A stretch of 64,000 nt of DNA. It comes from Orbicella franksi (Eukaryota). The notes beneath the pieces were generated by a model. It was not told the origin of the DNA. It did not search any database and saw only the letters and a list, made by a program, of their open reading frames with translations. A program made the translations under genes and the position numbers. Positions 1 to 12,400 of the stretch are shown piece by piece. Where the stretch lies: NCBI GenBank assembly GCA_964199315.1, contig OZ116710.1:16554001-16618000 (forward strand), written 5' to 3'. Positions within the stretch are counted from its first letter, which is position 1. Each line of letters opens with the position of its first letter.

Positions 1-419
1 CACTATATCAAGTTCCGTACTTTGAACTCACTTGCTCTCCGAAACACGCGTTGCCACATCACGTGTTTCGGGGCGCAAGGAGACGAAGTGTCAAGATTGG
101 TGTCTCGAAAAGCAAAAGAATAAATGTGGCTGGACAAGGCCAGCCTAAACATTTAAACATTCAACCACATGGCCAGTACCATGCTTAAAAAACGTAGGTC
201 TTTTTAGATCCGATACGCTGCGTTTTTTAAGCATGGTACTGGCCATGCGGTTGAATGTTTAAATGTTTAGGCTGGCCTTGTCCAGCCACATTTATTCTTT
301 TGCTTTTCGAGACACCAATCTTGACACTTTGTCTCCTTGCGCCCCGAAACACGTAATGTAATGTGGCAACGCGTGTTTCGGGGCGCAAGTGAGTTCAAAG
401 TACGGAACTTGATATAGTG
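1..419. mobile_element. Long near-perfect palindrome (fold-back/MITE-like); may extend beyond the window start
   Basis: 1-~190 (cactatatcaagttccgtactttgaactc...) is the reverse complement of ~230-419 (...gagttcaaagtacggaacttgatatagtg), with a short central spacer around 195-225. Absent from the homologous introns of the copies at 14364 and 45526. Confidence 0.8.
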
Positions 420-481
420 AACGGGTCATTTTGCAATTTATGTGCGTTGGCTGTTGGGCTGGCGTTACATATCTTCGCTAC

Positions 482-526
482 ACAGTGCTGACGAGCCCCA
501 AGAAGGGCGAAACAGCTGTCCACTGT
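482..526 (+). ncRNA. Minimal type-I hammerhead ribozyme
   Basis: Stem I ACAGTG(482-487)/CACTGT(521-526); core CTGACGA(488-494); stem II GCCC(495-498)/GGGC(505-508) with loop CAAGAA; GAAA(509-512); palindromic minimal stem III ACAGCTGT(512-519); GUC cleavage triplet at 518-520. All conserved core nucleotides are present. Confidence 0.85.
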
Positions 527-1018
527 TGCGATCCTACTTTATCGGTTCTTGTCATGTTGGTGTCTCGAAACGTTTTTCACGTAGTATCCGCCTTGCAGTC
601 TATTGTTTGTCTTCATACATTTTTTTGGCTGATCAGATCTCTTGTAGATCCTACGTTGGCAGCGTTTATCGTATGCGGTCCCTTACAGTTTCTGGTTTCT
701 TAAATTTAAGCCTTCATGAGTGGAAGAAAATATTTTGTGACTAGTAAAAAAATAACTGAAATCTCCACCAACAGATTTTTGTAAGATTCCTTGAATTGAC
801 ACATCCATAATACCTTTAAATTTTAATATTTTTTAGTCGCAACAATATCGCTAAGGTGATATTTATTGATATAGTAAAGTACTGCTCCCTGAGAATTGCG
901 TCACTGTAACTAATTCAAACTACAAAAACTCTGTATACGAGTGAATGGTAAAAACAGCGTGAAAATTTATGATTGTGAATTCTGAATAACTCATAACCTT
1001 TTTTTCGTTCTAATCCAG

Positions 1019-1974
1019 CAACCTCCTTCCTGTTATGGTGGTATCCCTGGTATGCACGGCAAGCCTGGGTCGCCTGGGGCACCAGGTCGTGATGGTCGTG
1101 ATGGCCGTGAAGGAGTCAAAGGTGACCAAGGCAGCCCGGGGAAGACTGGGACCCAGGGACCTCAGGGAACCCCTGGTACCAATGGAAAGAATGGCGCCAA
1201 AGGAGAACCTGGAGTCCAGGGCCCTCCCGGCCAAAAGGGGCAGCGCGGAGAGAGTGGAACAAATGGAATTCCGGGGACTCCTGGTGTGATGGCTTACAAG
1301 AACTGGAAAGAGTGCGCATGGAGGTTCGGTGACGGCAAAGATAACGGCATGATCAAGGTGATTGAGTTTTATAGGTGACGTTTTTGTAACAGATCATTGT
1401 GCACATGATTTATACACTGGCAAACAGGACACTATCCTTTTTCCTTTGTGTTTCATTTTCGTGGTGGTTTAGGTCGTGTTAACCGCCGTCAGATAGTTTT
1501 AATTGATTTCTGTTACCCTAGAACACATAAATAATTTTGTAGATATTGTCGAGTAAATGTTCCGCTTAATCACTTATCGATCCCTTTAATTTCTCTTCTG
1601 TTTTCCATTTTGTGCAGGATTGTTTGTTCACCAAGAACTTCTCTGACACTTCCCTCCATGTTTACTGGACTGGCGTTCTTAGAATTACCGGCTGTGACAA
1701 CTGCTGCAAACGGTGGTATTTCACTTTCAACGGTGCTGAATGTTCAGGTCCCCTTCCAATTGACGGTGTTGTGTACATGTATAAAGGAAGTGGTAAAAAT
1801 CTCCTTCGCGTCCGCCATATTGAGGGGCACTGCAACAACATCCACAAAGGCAAAGTGCGCGTGGGATTCTGGGTCGCTAATTGTGCCGGATACAGTGGAA
1901 GTTATGACGCCTACACAGGCTGGAATTCAGTGTCCCGGATCTTTATTGAGGAAGTTCCCAAACCTCAGGCTTAG
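1019..1974 (+). CDS. CTHRC1: CTHRC1-like collagen triple helix repeat protein, copy 1 (exons 1019-1357 and 1618-1974; signal-peptide exon not in window)
   Basis: AG/GT splice sites in phase 0; 28 Gly-X-Y triplets followed by NWKECAW; last exon has the CTHRC1 head motifs [21 protein letters not shown] and [13 protein letters not shown]. No stop or frameshift. Confidence 0.85.
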
Positions 1975-2105
1975 ATCTCGAGACAAAACATCCATTCCTG
2001 CAGAAAAGGCGCGTAATGGAACAGTGATAAATTGCTTAATGATATAACGCGGGGTTCCTTTGATTACTGGGTGTGTTCTGTAGTGGTTTACGTTTTCTGT
2101 TTTTA

Positions 2106-2111
2106 AATAAA
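2106..2111 (+). promoter_or_regulatory. Putative polyadenylation signal (AATAAA) of copy 1
   Basis: About 130 nt after the stop codon, in a 3' UTR whose AATAAA context recurs downstream of other copies (e.g. near 6880, 16110, 20210, 47560). Confidence 0.5.
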
Positions 2112-2289
2112 ATGCAGGAGGATTGATAAAGAAACATTTGTTTGTTTGCATTTGCATTCTGTTCTATTTCTTCATGCCACAGAAAGTCAAGGAATGTTTT
2201 ATTGAGAATTTAAAAGCTAGAAATAGCAAGAAAATTGGACATCGCTAACACCCTAAGGAAAAAGTGGGGTCTGTTTGATATGTAGATTT

Positions 2290-2567
2290 ATTATACAGTT
2301 AGCGTTTTTGAGCGGGCAAGGTGAACCGAATCCTGGGCTGTGATTGGCTACCCGAGCGTGAAAGATGGCGCTGTCTTGCCTGTTCGGAATTATTTACCCG
2401 CTGTGTCCCGCAAGAAAATAGTGATCTTTTTCCATATGATAAATCCTTTATTGACCAAACCTGTTAGGTCAAGATGGCTGGATATTAGTCTTGTTCTGTT
2501 TTTGAAAAAATAAACTTGGCCAATATCCAGCCATCTAGACCTCACGCCAGGTCAATAACCCATGTGT
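2290..2567. repeat. Interspersed non-coding repeat (MITE-like); second copy at ~47755-48035
   Basis: GC-richer block with internal inverted motifs (caagatggctggatatt / aatatccagccatct); duplicated with the surrounding segment. Confidence 0.5.
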
Positions 2568-5188
2568 ATATTAGTTCAGCTGTAACCCTGTGAGCACAAA
2601 CTATCTGAAGCAAATCCAAGTTTGCTGACTAAGCGTTCATGTACATTGCGCAACCTTAAACTCAGACTAAGTTTAACCTGACAGGACTCCTTAGTATGGA
2701 GGGAGTTTTACATCAACTGCGAGTCACCTTCCAAGAGAATCCGAACAAAAGGAAAGTATTATGATGAAATTTATTGTTGTTTTTCTCTATCATGATCACT
2801 ATGAGATATTGGAAAACATATTGCAGGAACCACAGGTTTGAAAAGAAAAACTTTGAGCGCTTTGAAAAACAATTGTCCACTTAAAGTCGATATCATCCTA
2901 ATTTGTACCTCTTGTTTTCACTCTTCACTGTCAGAATATGTTTCTATCAGTCTAACATGAGAGTGCTGTTCCTTCTCTGTTGCTAAGTTGCTCCTCTCAG
3001 TCCTCGTGTCTCTACTTTTCGTCGGTTGAAGAAATTAAAAAATATAACAACAAACAATTTTAAGATGTTAACTATACACTTGATTATCATCTGCTTTAAG
3101 AAATATCGCTTATTCGGCCGGAGTTAACTTATTCAAAGAAAATAATCCCCCAGATATGTTCCAAGAAAATACAATCAGCCGACATTTTAGTCGACATACC
3201 CTGTTGTGAATTTAGTCTCACAGACTGATAAATAATTAAAAATTTTGCTTTCTTCACAGCTGTTCAATTCCATCAAATTAAAGAAAGGCAACAACAAACA
3301 GCGGATAAGAAACCATTTTCAGCCCATTAGCGTTGATGTGAGAAAAAAATCCCGTCAATCACAAAGTGGTTTTAAATTTAAGGCGTGTCACATTTAGTCA
3401 TGTCGTATTCTGATTAAACATCAAACTGGTGGGCAAAAAGTAAGCAAATACCGCCTCACTATGGTAAACTGAAAATATACAATGCATATCTCTGTCTGTA
3501 AACACAGCCTTGTTTTTAATCACAGAAAATAAAAGAAAGACAATAATATACTAGATAATCCAAAGTGGAACTAGAAATAAATGACAAAGCAAACTACATT
3601 TTCGATTTGCAAAATAAAGAGGTCATAGGTTTAGGTTTGTAAAAAATATCTTTTCATATTCATTGTTAAAAGCGAGGATAAGTTGTTGTGAATTGTTTTT
3701 TTAACTTAGCGTTCAAGTTAAATACGACAATCAGGTTAATATTTTCTAAAAGGTAAAGTTTTATTGATTCTTCACAAATTCGTTATACTTCATGCATTTC
3801 TACTTTGCCATTCAATTATCTTCTATTCAGTCGGTGTGCTTGATTCCAAAGTATAATTAAAAAAAAAATGCAAGAAAACCAATGAAGCTCTTTAATTCTC
3901 AAAATTAAAAGGGTGTATAATCATTTTAAAACAAATAGCCTGTTTTCCGACTCACCCTTAAAACCAATCAGACAGGTTTGATCTGGTTTATAAACACAGG
4001 CGACTTGTTCTCAAAGTTGTCGAAAGGAATGTCCGGCAGTTTAATATAGTTTTCAAGTCAGCAAGTCAGTAATTAGGCTTTCTTAGTTGGCAAAGTTATT
4101 TTTCTTTATAAACAATCCGCTATAATGCCGAAACTTTCTGTGTTGCAGTTTTTAGTTTCCTTTAAAAAAAAAAATATTATCTTTTAATTAAAGCAAAACA
4201 TAAATGGTAAAGGAACAAGGTTTATTGGTTTTTTATCTCAATTAGAGAGTGTGTGGATTCAGGTTTATAAACAAGGCCTGTCGTTAAAAGCAATTATGCA
4301 GGTTCAATTTAGGTTTATAAACACAGGCGCCATTTTCCTAAAGTCGTCAAAAAAAATCTCTTTTTTTATGTTTTTTTTTTCCTCAACCGGATAAAACGCA
4401 TATAATTCTTTTCGGTATTTTTTAGAAACAGATGATATGAGAAATTAATCATCAACAAAGGGATTATAAAAAAACTATCTTGTCTAAAATTAGGAGAAAA
4501 TTATCGAAACTCTTCCTGCTGGTCACGTGATCTGCAATCATCTTTAAATTTATTCAAGCATAATTCCAGTCGTAATTTTGATCTCAGTAAACTATGCTGA
4601 GAAAACAAAACGCGAAAAGCACATTAGGCAATGGACAAGAATAAACAAAGTTCTATCGTAAAATATTGATCGCTGGTCAACGAGAAGTTCATATCTTTTT
4701 CAACAGTGATAGGTACGTATTGAAGAAGTTCCCGTTACTGTCTTATACTGATTTACAATCTGATCGGCTTTTTTTTTCTTTCTCCTTTTTCTTTTTCTTG
4801 CTTTATTTATCATCTGCATAGGCGCTGAGTCTTGCACGGTAAGTTAATTTCAAGAAGCCTCAGCAACCCGTTTTACAATCTTTTTACAATCTCCGGAAAC
4901 AGAAAGCTAGTAAAATACGTGACAGCGAGGGCTGATGCAAGGAGAACCTTGAATAAACTTTCTCTCCGAGTCGACGACCAACTGAGGCTCATTGGGTTAA
5001 CTATTAGCAGCGGCTATCTCAAGTTTTTCATAGTAACCTCATGTGTCAAATTAGTTAAAGGTCTACTCAGTATTTAGATTGACGTGTCTAACAATCGTTC
5101 GGTGTATATTAAGATCGTTTCCAATTCTATTAAAAAAAGAATGGTGATTAATCATGAGTATAACACTTGATAACCTGCTGGTGCCTTT

Positions 5189-5306
5189 CAACCTCCTTGC
5201 CAGGGCTTTCCTCTTAGAAACTTTGAGTGGCGAAACAGGAGCCTCTGGCCACTCCTCATGTGTTGCCCTTCATAACATCTAAGCTAAAAGCCCTGGGAAC
5301 GAGGTC
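5189..5306. repeat. Short hairpin repeat of the caacctcgttcccagggc...gccctgggaacgaggttg type (others at 8411-8474, ~34371-34425, ~50992-51115)
   Basis: Terminal inverted repeats caacctccttgccagggc / gccctgggaacgaggtc; the same termini recur at several positions in the window. Confidence 0.6.
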
Positions 5307-5427
5307 AGGCTTTCTTTCTCCCCTCTCTAGGAAAAAACCCCGGAAGGTCTATAGGGGATTTAGTTATTTAATATATTTTTCTTTTTTCCTTTGCAGTTAA
5401 CTCTACCGAGCAACTCATTAAGAGGAA

Positions 5428-6755
5428 ATGGTTTTTAAGATTGGTGTCTCTGTGGCCTTAATGTTGTTTGTGATGTCCAACTTAGCAGTTTATTGTGCTG
5501 CGGAGGAAAACAAAACAGCAGGACGACCGTGGTATTATAAGGTGTGTTTATGTCACATGCGCAAATGACTTTATTAAATGCTTCGATGATAGAGACTAAC
5601 GTGCAGATTCTGTGAGAGCTACAAAATAAAAATTGGGAAAACATTTTTTTCCATCAATTTGTTGAAGAACTAAGCTTTATAAGTGCAATTTTTATGTAAT
5701 GCTCAACGGAGAGATGGTAACATTTTAAAGAACTTCTCTACTCAATGCGGCCCGAGTAAATTATTACCGAAAAGCGATGGTCTGCGACTTTAGAGCTTCA
5801 GAAAAGATTTAGTTGATGAGAAACTTACACGGAGAGTCATAGTCTGTCCTATTTTGATATCAACAAAGTTACAGAGTTTCTCATAAATATTCAGAATTCT
5901 CTTCTTATCACACTAAATCAGCAGCCTCTTCCTTTCTGTTATGGTGGTATCCCTGGTATGCCTGGCAAGCCTGGTTTCCCTGGTATGCATGGCAACCCTG
6001 GGTCTCCTGGGGCACCAGGTCATGATGGCCGTGATGGCCGTGACGGAGCCAAAGGTGACCAGGGAAAGACTGGACCCCAGGGACCTCCAGGGACACCTGG
6101 TATCAATGGAATTAATGGCGCCAAAGGAGAACTTGGGGCCCAGGGCCCTCCCGGCGAAAAGGGGCAGCGCGGAGAGAGTGGAGCAAGTGGAATACCTGGG
6201 ACTCCTGGTGTGATGTCTTATAAGAACTGGAAAGAGTGCGCATGGAAAAACTTGAATGACAACAAAGACCACGGCCTGATCAAGGTGAATGATTCGTTTG
6301 CAAAACAAACAATCCTTTGAGAGACGAAATTAACTGAGAAAGAATTATGTTTCTGAGTTTGTTTGAAGTTTTTCCTTTTTATCGTTACTTTTTAACAGGA
6401 GTGTTTATTCAACAAGAACTTCTCTGACACTTCCCTTCATGTTTACTGGACAGGCGTTCTTAGAATAAGCGGCTGTGACAATTGCTGCAAACGCTGGTAT
6501 TTCACTTTCAGCGGTGCTGAATGTGCAGCTCCCCTGCCAATTGATGGACTTGTGTACATGGGGAAATCAACAAGTCAAAATATTCACCGCGTCAACAATA
6601 TTGAGGGGCACTGCAACAACATTCACAAAGGCAAGGTGCGCGTGGGATTCTGGGTCACTAATTGTGCCGGATACAGTGGAAGTTATGACGCCTACACAGG
6701 CTGGAATTCAGTGTCCCGGATCTTTATTGAGGAAATTCCTAAACCTCAGGCTTAG
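5428..6755 (+). CDS. CTHRC1: CTHRC1-like protein, copy 2, complete (exons 5428-5541, 5922-6284, 6399-6755)
   Basis: Exon 1 encodes a signal-peptide-like [38 protein letters not shown] followed by GT. Exon 2 has 30 Gly-X-Y triplets plus NWKECAW. Exon 3 is an intact head domain. All junctions are phase 0 with GT/AG. Confidence 0.9.
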
Positions 6756-7559
6756 ATCTCGAGACAAAATATCCATTCCTGCATAAACACTTAAGATGGG
6801 ACGGTAATAATTTGCTGAAATAATTAGCGAGAGGTTCGTTTACATTGCAACTTAATTAACTTTATGTTTGCTGATGTAAAATAAATGGCAGGAAGATCGA
6901 AAAAGAGACTGGTGCTTGTTTTCAAGCTATTCTTACAAAACCTGCTATCTATATGTATATATGCTCAACGTTGAACAACAAAGCCACCCAAATTGCTAAA
7001 AAAATGTGACGGTTTTACAAAATTGGCGAAACGTGATGGGTTTGCATGTGAACCATATTCAAAGAAACTCCAACTGACCAGGAACTTTACAAAGTTTTCG
7101 AAAATTACAAACATGACTACAAATGTAAAAAAGAAAATGCACTGGCTTTAAAGCTTAAGTGAAAACACGAGCCCAACCCTTAATTCGTGTTGAGATAAAC
7201 GATAGAACGAGTCAAATGGAATGGAAAGAAGGCTTTCATTCATTAGAATTGCTATAATTACAATATTGTAATACTGCGCAGATTACTGAGCGACAAAAAA
7301 ATTCCACTGGGCCAATACGACAATTGGAAAGGCCAAAATATCAAGAAAAATAAACAGAAAAAGGGAATTACCTAAAACAAAATAGGCTAAAACAATGGAA
7401 TCAACAATGCGCGATTCAATAAAGGACCTAAAACAATAAAGACCACGAGAGCAATAACAGTATTAGAGACATTCCAATCCAACCTAAAACGCTTTTTAAC
7501 CCGCCAAAGCAGGCTTTACTTTTAATCCTGTTTTTATTAAATAATATCAAGTAAACCGT

Positions 7560-8035
7560 CATAATTCGCCCCATATCTGAAATTCGCAGCTATCTAGATC
7601 TGTTTAGTAAGCCAATGGCTCTAAAAACGTGCTCAGGCTAAATATGCAATGACAGCGTTCACTTCCAAATGGAAATATGAAAAATTAGCCGTCGTCGTTC
7701 GCGTTCCTCAGACTACGCAAAACGTAGTCATTGTCTACTTGCACAAATCCCATAACAAACCTCTTTTAACCCCCCAAATTTTGCGTAATCGTTGTTGGCA
7801 ATTTCTCCTGGGACATGAAGATGTCCCAAGAAAAATCTAAGACAATGCCTATGCAAATTTTTAGGGGGTAAAGTACAAGTAGAGAATTCCACGTTCTTGA
7901 TTTGCAAAAGACGGCAAAGAAATGCACAAAGATCTATAACACTCGTGCACAGCAATTGTTTTGCTCAGTAAACCTTTTATTTGCTGACGTTCTCGTTGCC
8001 GTCGTCTTCGTCGTCTTGGCTTGCTTAATTTCCCT
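7560..8035. repeat. Degenerate non-autonomous DNA-element remnants (gccgtcgtcgtt...gcttaatttccct family); second copy at ~33530-34010
   Basis: Shares motifs (ccgtcgtc, ttttgct...ttgcttaa) with the TIR-bounded element at 22031-22349. Confidence 0.4.
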
Positions 8036-8657
8036 TCTACAGGGCGAGGAACGCACCGACTGTACTGGACTAATTTAGCACGGGCGACATTAAAACTAGA
8101 GTTCTTCTCTTGCTATTTCAGTTTAACCCCACTCTCTTCCGAAAAGGCTTCATTTTTTTTTTTTTTCGGTTGGGGAGTATCCACTGAGTAATGTAAGTGC
8201 AGGCGCAACGTTACGATCCATTCGACTTTGTGCCTGCACTAACTTCGCACAGCCGATTTATATAACGAACGTTCGAACCTCTTTGAAGAAGAGAGGTTTA
8301 ACCCATGCATATGTTCGTTTTCAAATGCACACAAATGACTTCACAAAGCCGGCTTTCTCGAAATATGACCGCCTGGGATTTTGGAGAGGAGTCAAAGTAA
8401 AGAAATTGTGCAACTTCGTTTCCAGGGCTGTGCCCTTAGAGATTGGGAAGGGGGAAGCCCTGGGAACGAGCTTGGAAATTGTGGGTGTCTGAAACGAGCA
8501 GAGTGATTAATTTCAAGAGAAATACTGCTTTATTGTGCTGCGTTATATAACTGAAGGCATATCCGTACCACGGGGTCAATGATTAAGAGATTAATGATGG
8601 ACCGTTTTTATGCTAGAGGAAGCATTATCTGTCCAGAAGGATAATGCGTCCTCGCCG

Positions 8658-8916
8658 TTTTTATACTAAAGACGCATTATCCGTCTGGACGAGCTTGGGC
8701 AAACATTTGTAGTTCGTCTGGTTGTGCGTCTCTAGTATAGAGGCGGGCACAAGACGTATTATGCGTCTAGAGGAACTATCTCTCGAAGCGCGTCGTTCAA
8801 GGCGTATTTCGAAGGATAGTCTTGTGCCCGTCTTTATACTAGAGACGCACATCCAAACGAACTAGGAATGTTTGCCCACGCTCGTCCAGACAGATAATGC
8901 GTCTTTAGTTTAAAAA
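8658..8916. mobile_element. Palindromic MITE-like element; second copy at ~34629-34912
   Basis: Arms ttttatactaaagacgcattatc...gcttgggcaaacatt and aatgtttgcccacgc...gataatgcgtctttagtttaaaa are reverse complements. Confidence 0.7.
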
Positions 8917-9425
8917 AAGCAATTAAGGTTAAGAGACTGATGTGAAGTTTATTTCGCCTGCACTCTATCATATCGCAGAAGATTTCGTCCTGCTTTGCTT
9001 ATCTTTGTTCTTTTTTTTCAAGGATTTATGATCATTCAAATAAACGATTTGCTGTTGTTTCTTGGAAATTGTAAAAAAAGAAGACAAGTCCCTTTGCGCC
9101 AGATACCAACTCCGTAACGAAAAGCTATTTTGCGTCACGTTTGCCCTGAAATCAGTGGCCGCGGCAGCAAATCTTTTATTTCCTCTGATTGTAGATTTAA
9201 CAGAGTCGACCTTTCCTTTACAGAAACACCTCAACAACAAGGAGGAATTAGTTAATCCTTAAAGCAAAGACGTAGTTGTAGTGTGGAGCTGTTCACGAAG
9301 GGAGAACAAAAAAAAAGTGAGTGCGCGCGTATTTGTAGCCTTCGAACACCTGTCCTCGCCCCGATCGCTTTGCTCTCCGAATTCTTCGCAGGCTAGCGAA
9401 TTTGGAGTCACGTGCGTTATGCAGC

Positions 9426-9463
<38 letters not shown>

Positions 9464-12400
9464 CGTTAAAAGCTGACTCGAGATGAACAGTTTATTTCAA
9501 GTCACACCGAAAATCAGTTATTCTGCAAATCGGCGCGTTTTCCATCCACAGTTGCCGGTGAGTAAAGGTGACAATTGTGATTAATTAACAGGAATTGTTT
9601 ACATTCTATGATCAAGTTGTGTGAACCGAAAACGCAGTCAAACAGAACTCAAATATATTCACCACAAAATTACAAACAATTCACTTAAAACTGCAAATAT
9701 TGAAAGTATTTGCACCTGAACGCGTGGAAAGATTAGAGCGTTTAATAAGAAACACGCGGTTATTGTCTGAGAAAGGACTGAAAAGTAAGCATCATAAGAG
9801 GCAATAGAAGTAGAAAAATAATTAATGTCATCTTCCGCTAACCGCTTTGCGGGGTTTATTTCGCAAGAAGACTCTGGCCTACTCATAAAAGGTCTTGACA
9901 TTTACAGTTGCTTCTAGTAGTGTCCCCTTTATAGAGCTTTTTTTTTTGCATTTGACGATACAGCAAGTCCGCTGGGAAAATTTTCTCAAACTGCTCAAGC
10001 TCTGAGGATTGCGAGAAAAGCACTTCCAGGCCTGTTGTTTAATCGAGTTGCAATTAAATCTGCATAGAGCTACTGAAAGTATGTTCAAAAATATAACTAT
10101 TTGCAAAGCCATCATACAAAAAGTCAGTATTTTGCCAGGACAAACAACAAGCGAAGAAACAAGCCGTTTTCCTGCTGAACAACATTGTTCGTAAGAATTC
10201 TATATAGAAAAAGTTGTATAAAAATTGCTAAATTTATTCAAAACGTGTTTTGTCGGGAATACTATTATTACTCGAAGGCAAAACATCTTCACAGCGATGA
10301 GATAAATCATCTCTGCTGTAAGCTAACGCCGATTTCTTTCTCTACTTCGTTATTCGAACTAATCATAGCTAGTTTGATTAGTCCAATATTCAGCTTCACT
10401 TCTTTCCACCCAGTTCTGTTATTGTTTAGAGATTTGGCGAGATAAAATGTTACTATACAAAAGGTAAGTGATTGCAAATAAATACGACGTTATATTGTTA
10501 CGCTAGATCATAGAGTGCTGTTTTGAATGTCCGTCCGGCATAAATATTGAGTTTCTAACAGGGCCTGAAACCTATTCAGTTTGCCTAGGCAGTTTATTTG
10601 CACTTTAAACTCGTTAAACATCAGTCGATTTGTCGACAGCTAAGCCATATCGTCTTTAATTATGTTTGCGCGGTTGGTCTCTTTTTCCTAAGGCTATTTT
10701 ACATACCGTTGACAGTTATTAATTTTATTGTTTAATCACAAAACTAGGACTACAGAAGTGGCCAAACTCGGCTCTCGCTTAATGCAATTCGTAGAAGAAG
10801 ATATCACTGACAGAAATGGTTCAGACCTTCGCATAACAGAAAGTGAACTGAGTGACATAGTTTTAAAAACAAGTGTTTTTCAGTGTAATTGAGCCTCATT
10901 ATCATTTAGACCGCTTCAAAGATTACCAAATCAAACCCTTTTGTTTAAATGAAAACCGAGAACGTAACATTTAGCGTCGATGTCGGAATCATCATGATGT
11001 GTCTGATGTGGACACACTGACTGGTTTCTATTAAATTCGAGAATCTTCCACCGCTTAATTTTCTCCGTGCTGCGGGAATTAGCGATTAATTTTCATTTTT
11101 GTCATGACTTTAAAAGGTTCATTGACACGAGAGGTCCATCATTATCAAATAATAATGCATCAGTTGCCCTAGAAGCAGTAGAAGAGAAGGAATGTCTTGT
11201 TGGAGGCGCCGTTTTTGCAATTTTGGGGAGTGTCATTTATGACTTTTTAATCGGGATCCGTGGGAGATATTTCCCTGCGCGAAACTTAATCTATCACAAA
11301 ATTATGTCTTGTTTTGCTTTCAAAAAATTGTACCAACTTTCAAAGCTAAATTCATGATATTCATCGGCGTACAAGATGACGAGTGAAAGGTTTCATTTCA
11401 TTGGACAAATAGTCTACAATAAAGAACATTTTTAGCGAATAGTACTTCTTGTTAGAATAAAACCATGAGGCTATTTTAAAAATGGTTATTAACTCATTAT
11501 TATTTCACAAACTTGTTTTATCGAGATTCACTTTACTCGTGTTCGAAACAGCAACAAGACCAGGGTGACTTGGCTGACAGTGTAAGCTACCAGTCTGATT
11601 TTCTCTGCGTTTATATTTGATTCAAAGTGAAATCTAACAGTTCTCTCTACTTTCTTATTGTCTGCAGATTTCAAGACGCGCAAGTTGACTAGAAAGGTGA
11701 GTGACTGTTTTACAAATGGTTTAAATACTGTCTGACTGTCAGAGACGCATTTTTTGTAGCCATAAATGTTCTAATCACAGATAATGCGCTGTTTGCTGAA
11801 GCAATTTTAGACACTCGTCTCGTGTAATATCGTGCGATACCACACTGCGGAATTTTTTTAACAGGCAGTTCTCCTCTTTTTCTGTTGATATAAAGTAACT
11901 GACTGGAAATTGCAAATTTGAAATTGTTCGTTGCTTATTATTTAATTCAATTGCCATCAAGTTTATTGTTTTTATTGTGGTATCACTAATAGAGCGCAGA
12001 TTTCGCGGGAAACTTTCACTTCACTCGGCTAATCAGTGTACTGAACGTTTATGTTCAAAGTTCTTCATGATGTAAATTCAATTGTTATTTATTGATGTCA
12101 GTGGTGGATTTATTTCAATCTTATCCAGGAGAAAACCTGTCGATCAACCAAAACATCAAAAAATACCGAGTTTACAAACTTATAAAAAGGAAAACGGACC
12201 AATTAGGTTTATTTCAAGCTTGTCGTTTTCACTCATTGAAAAATTCGTCTAGCGTGGCTACATGGAGGTTGTAGATGTGTGATAATGACTTCAACATAGT
12301 TTTCGAGATTAGTTTCCTCTACTGAGTGCTAAAATTATTGTTTTAAGTTCATGAGGATTTGAAAATATCGATAGCATTTAGTCATTATGTGCGGAAGAAA

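Larger units (their letters stand above)
700..6800 (+). repeat. Segmental duplication block A (copy 1 + spacer + copy 2), paralogous to ~45945-52560
   Basis: Collinear non-coding similarity throughout, e.g. 3361 acaaagtggttttaaatttaaggcgtgtcac vs 48761, and 4561 taattccagtcgtaa vs 50371. Confidence 0.9.

Noticed and set aside
1010-1319. Antisense and alternative-frame ORFs over collagen exons (also at 5908-6308, 15245-15430, 21029-21329, 29999-30322, 46321-46637, 51745-52088)
   Set aside because: Shadow ORFs caused by GC-rich Gly-X-Y codon periodicity; no independent homology.
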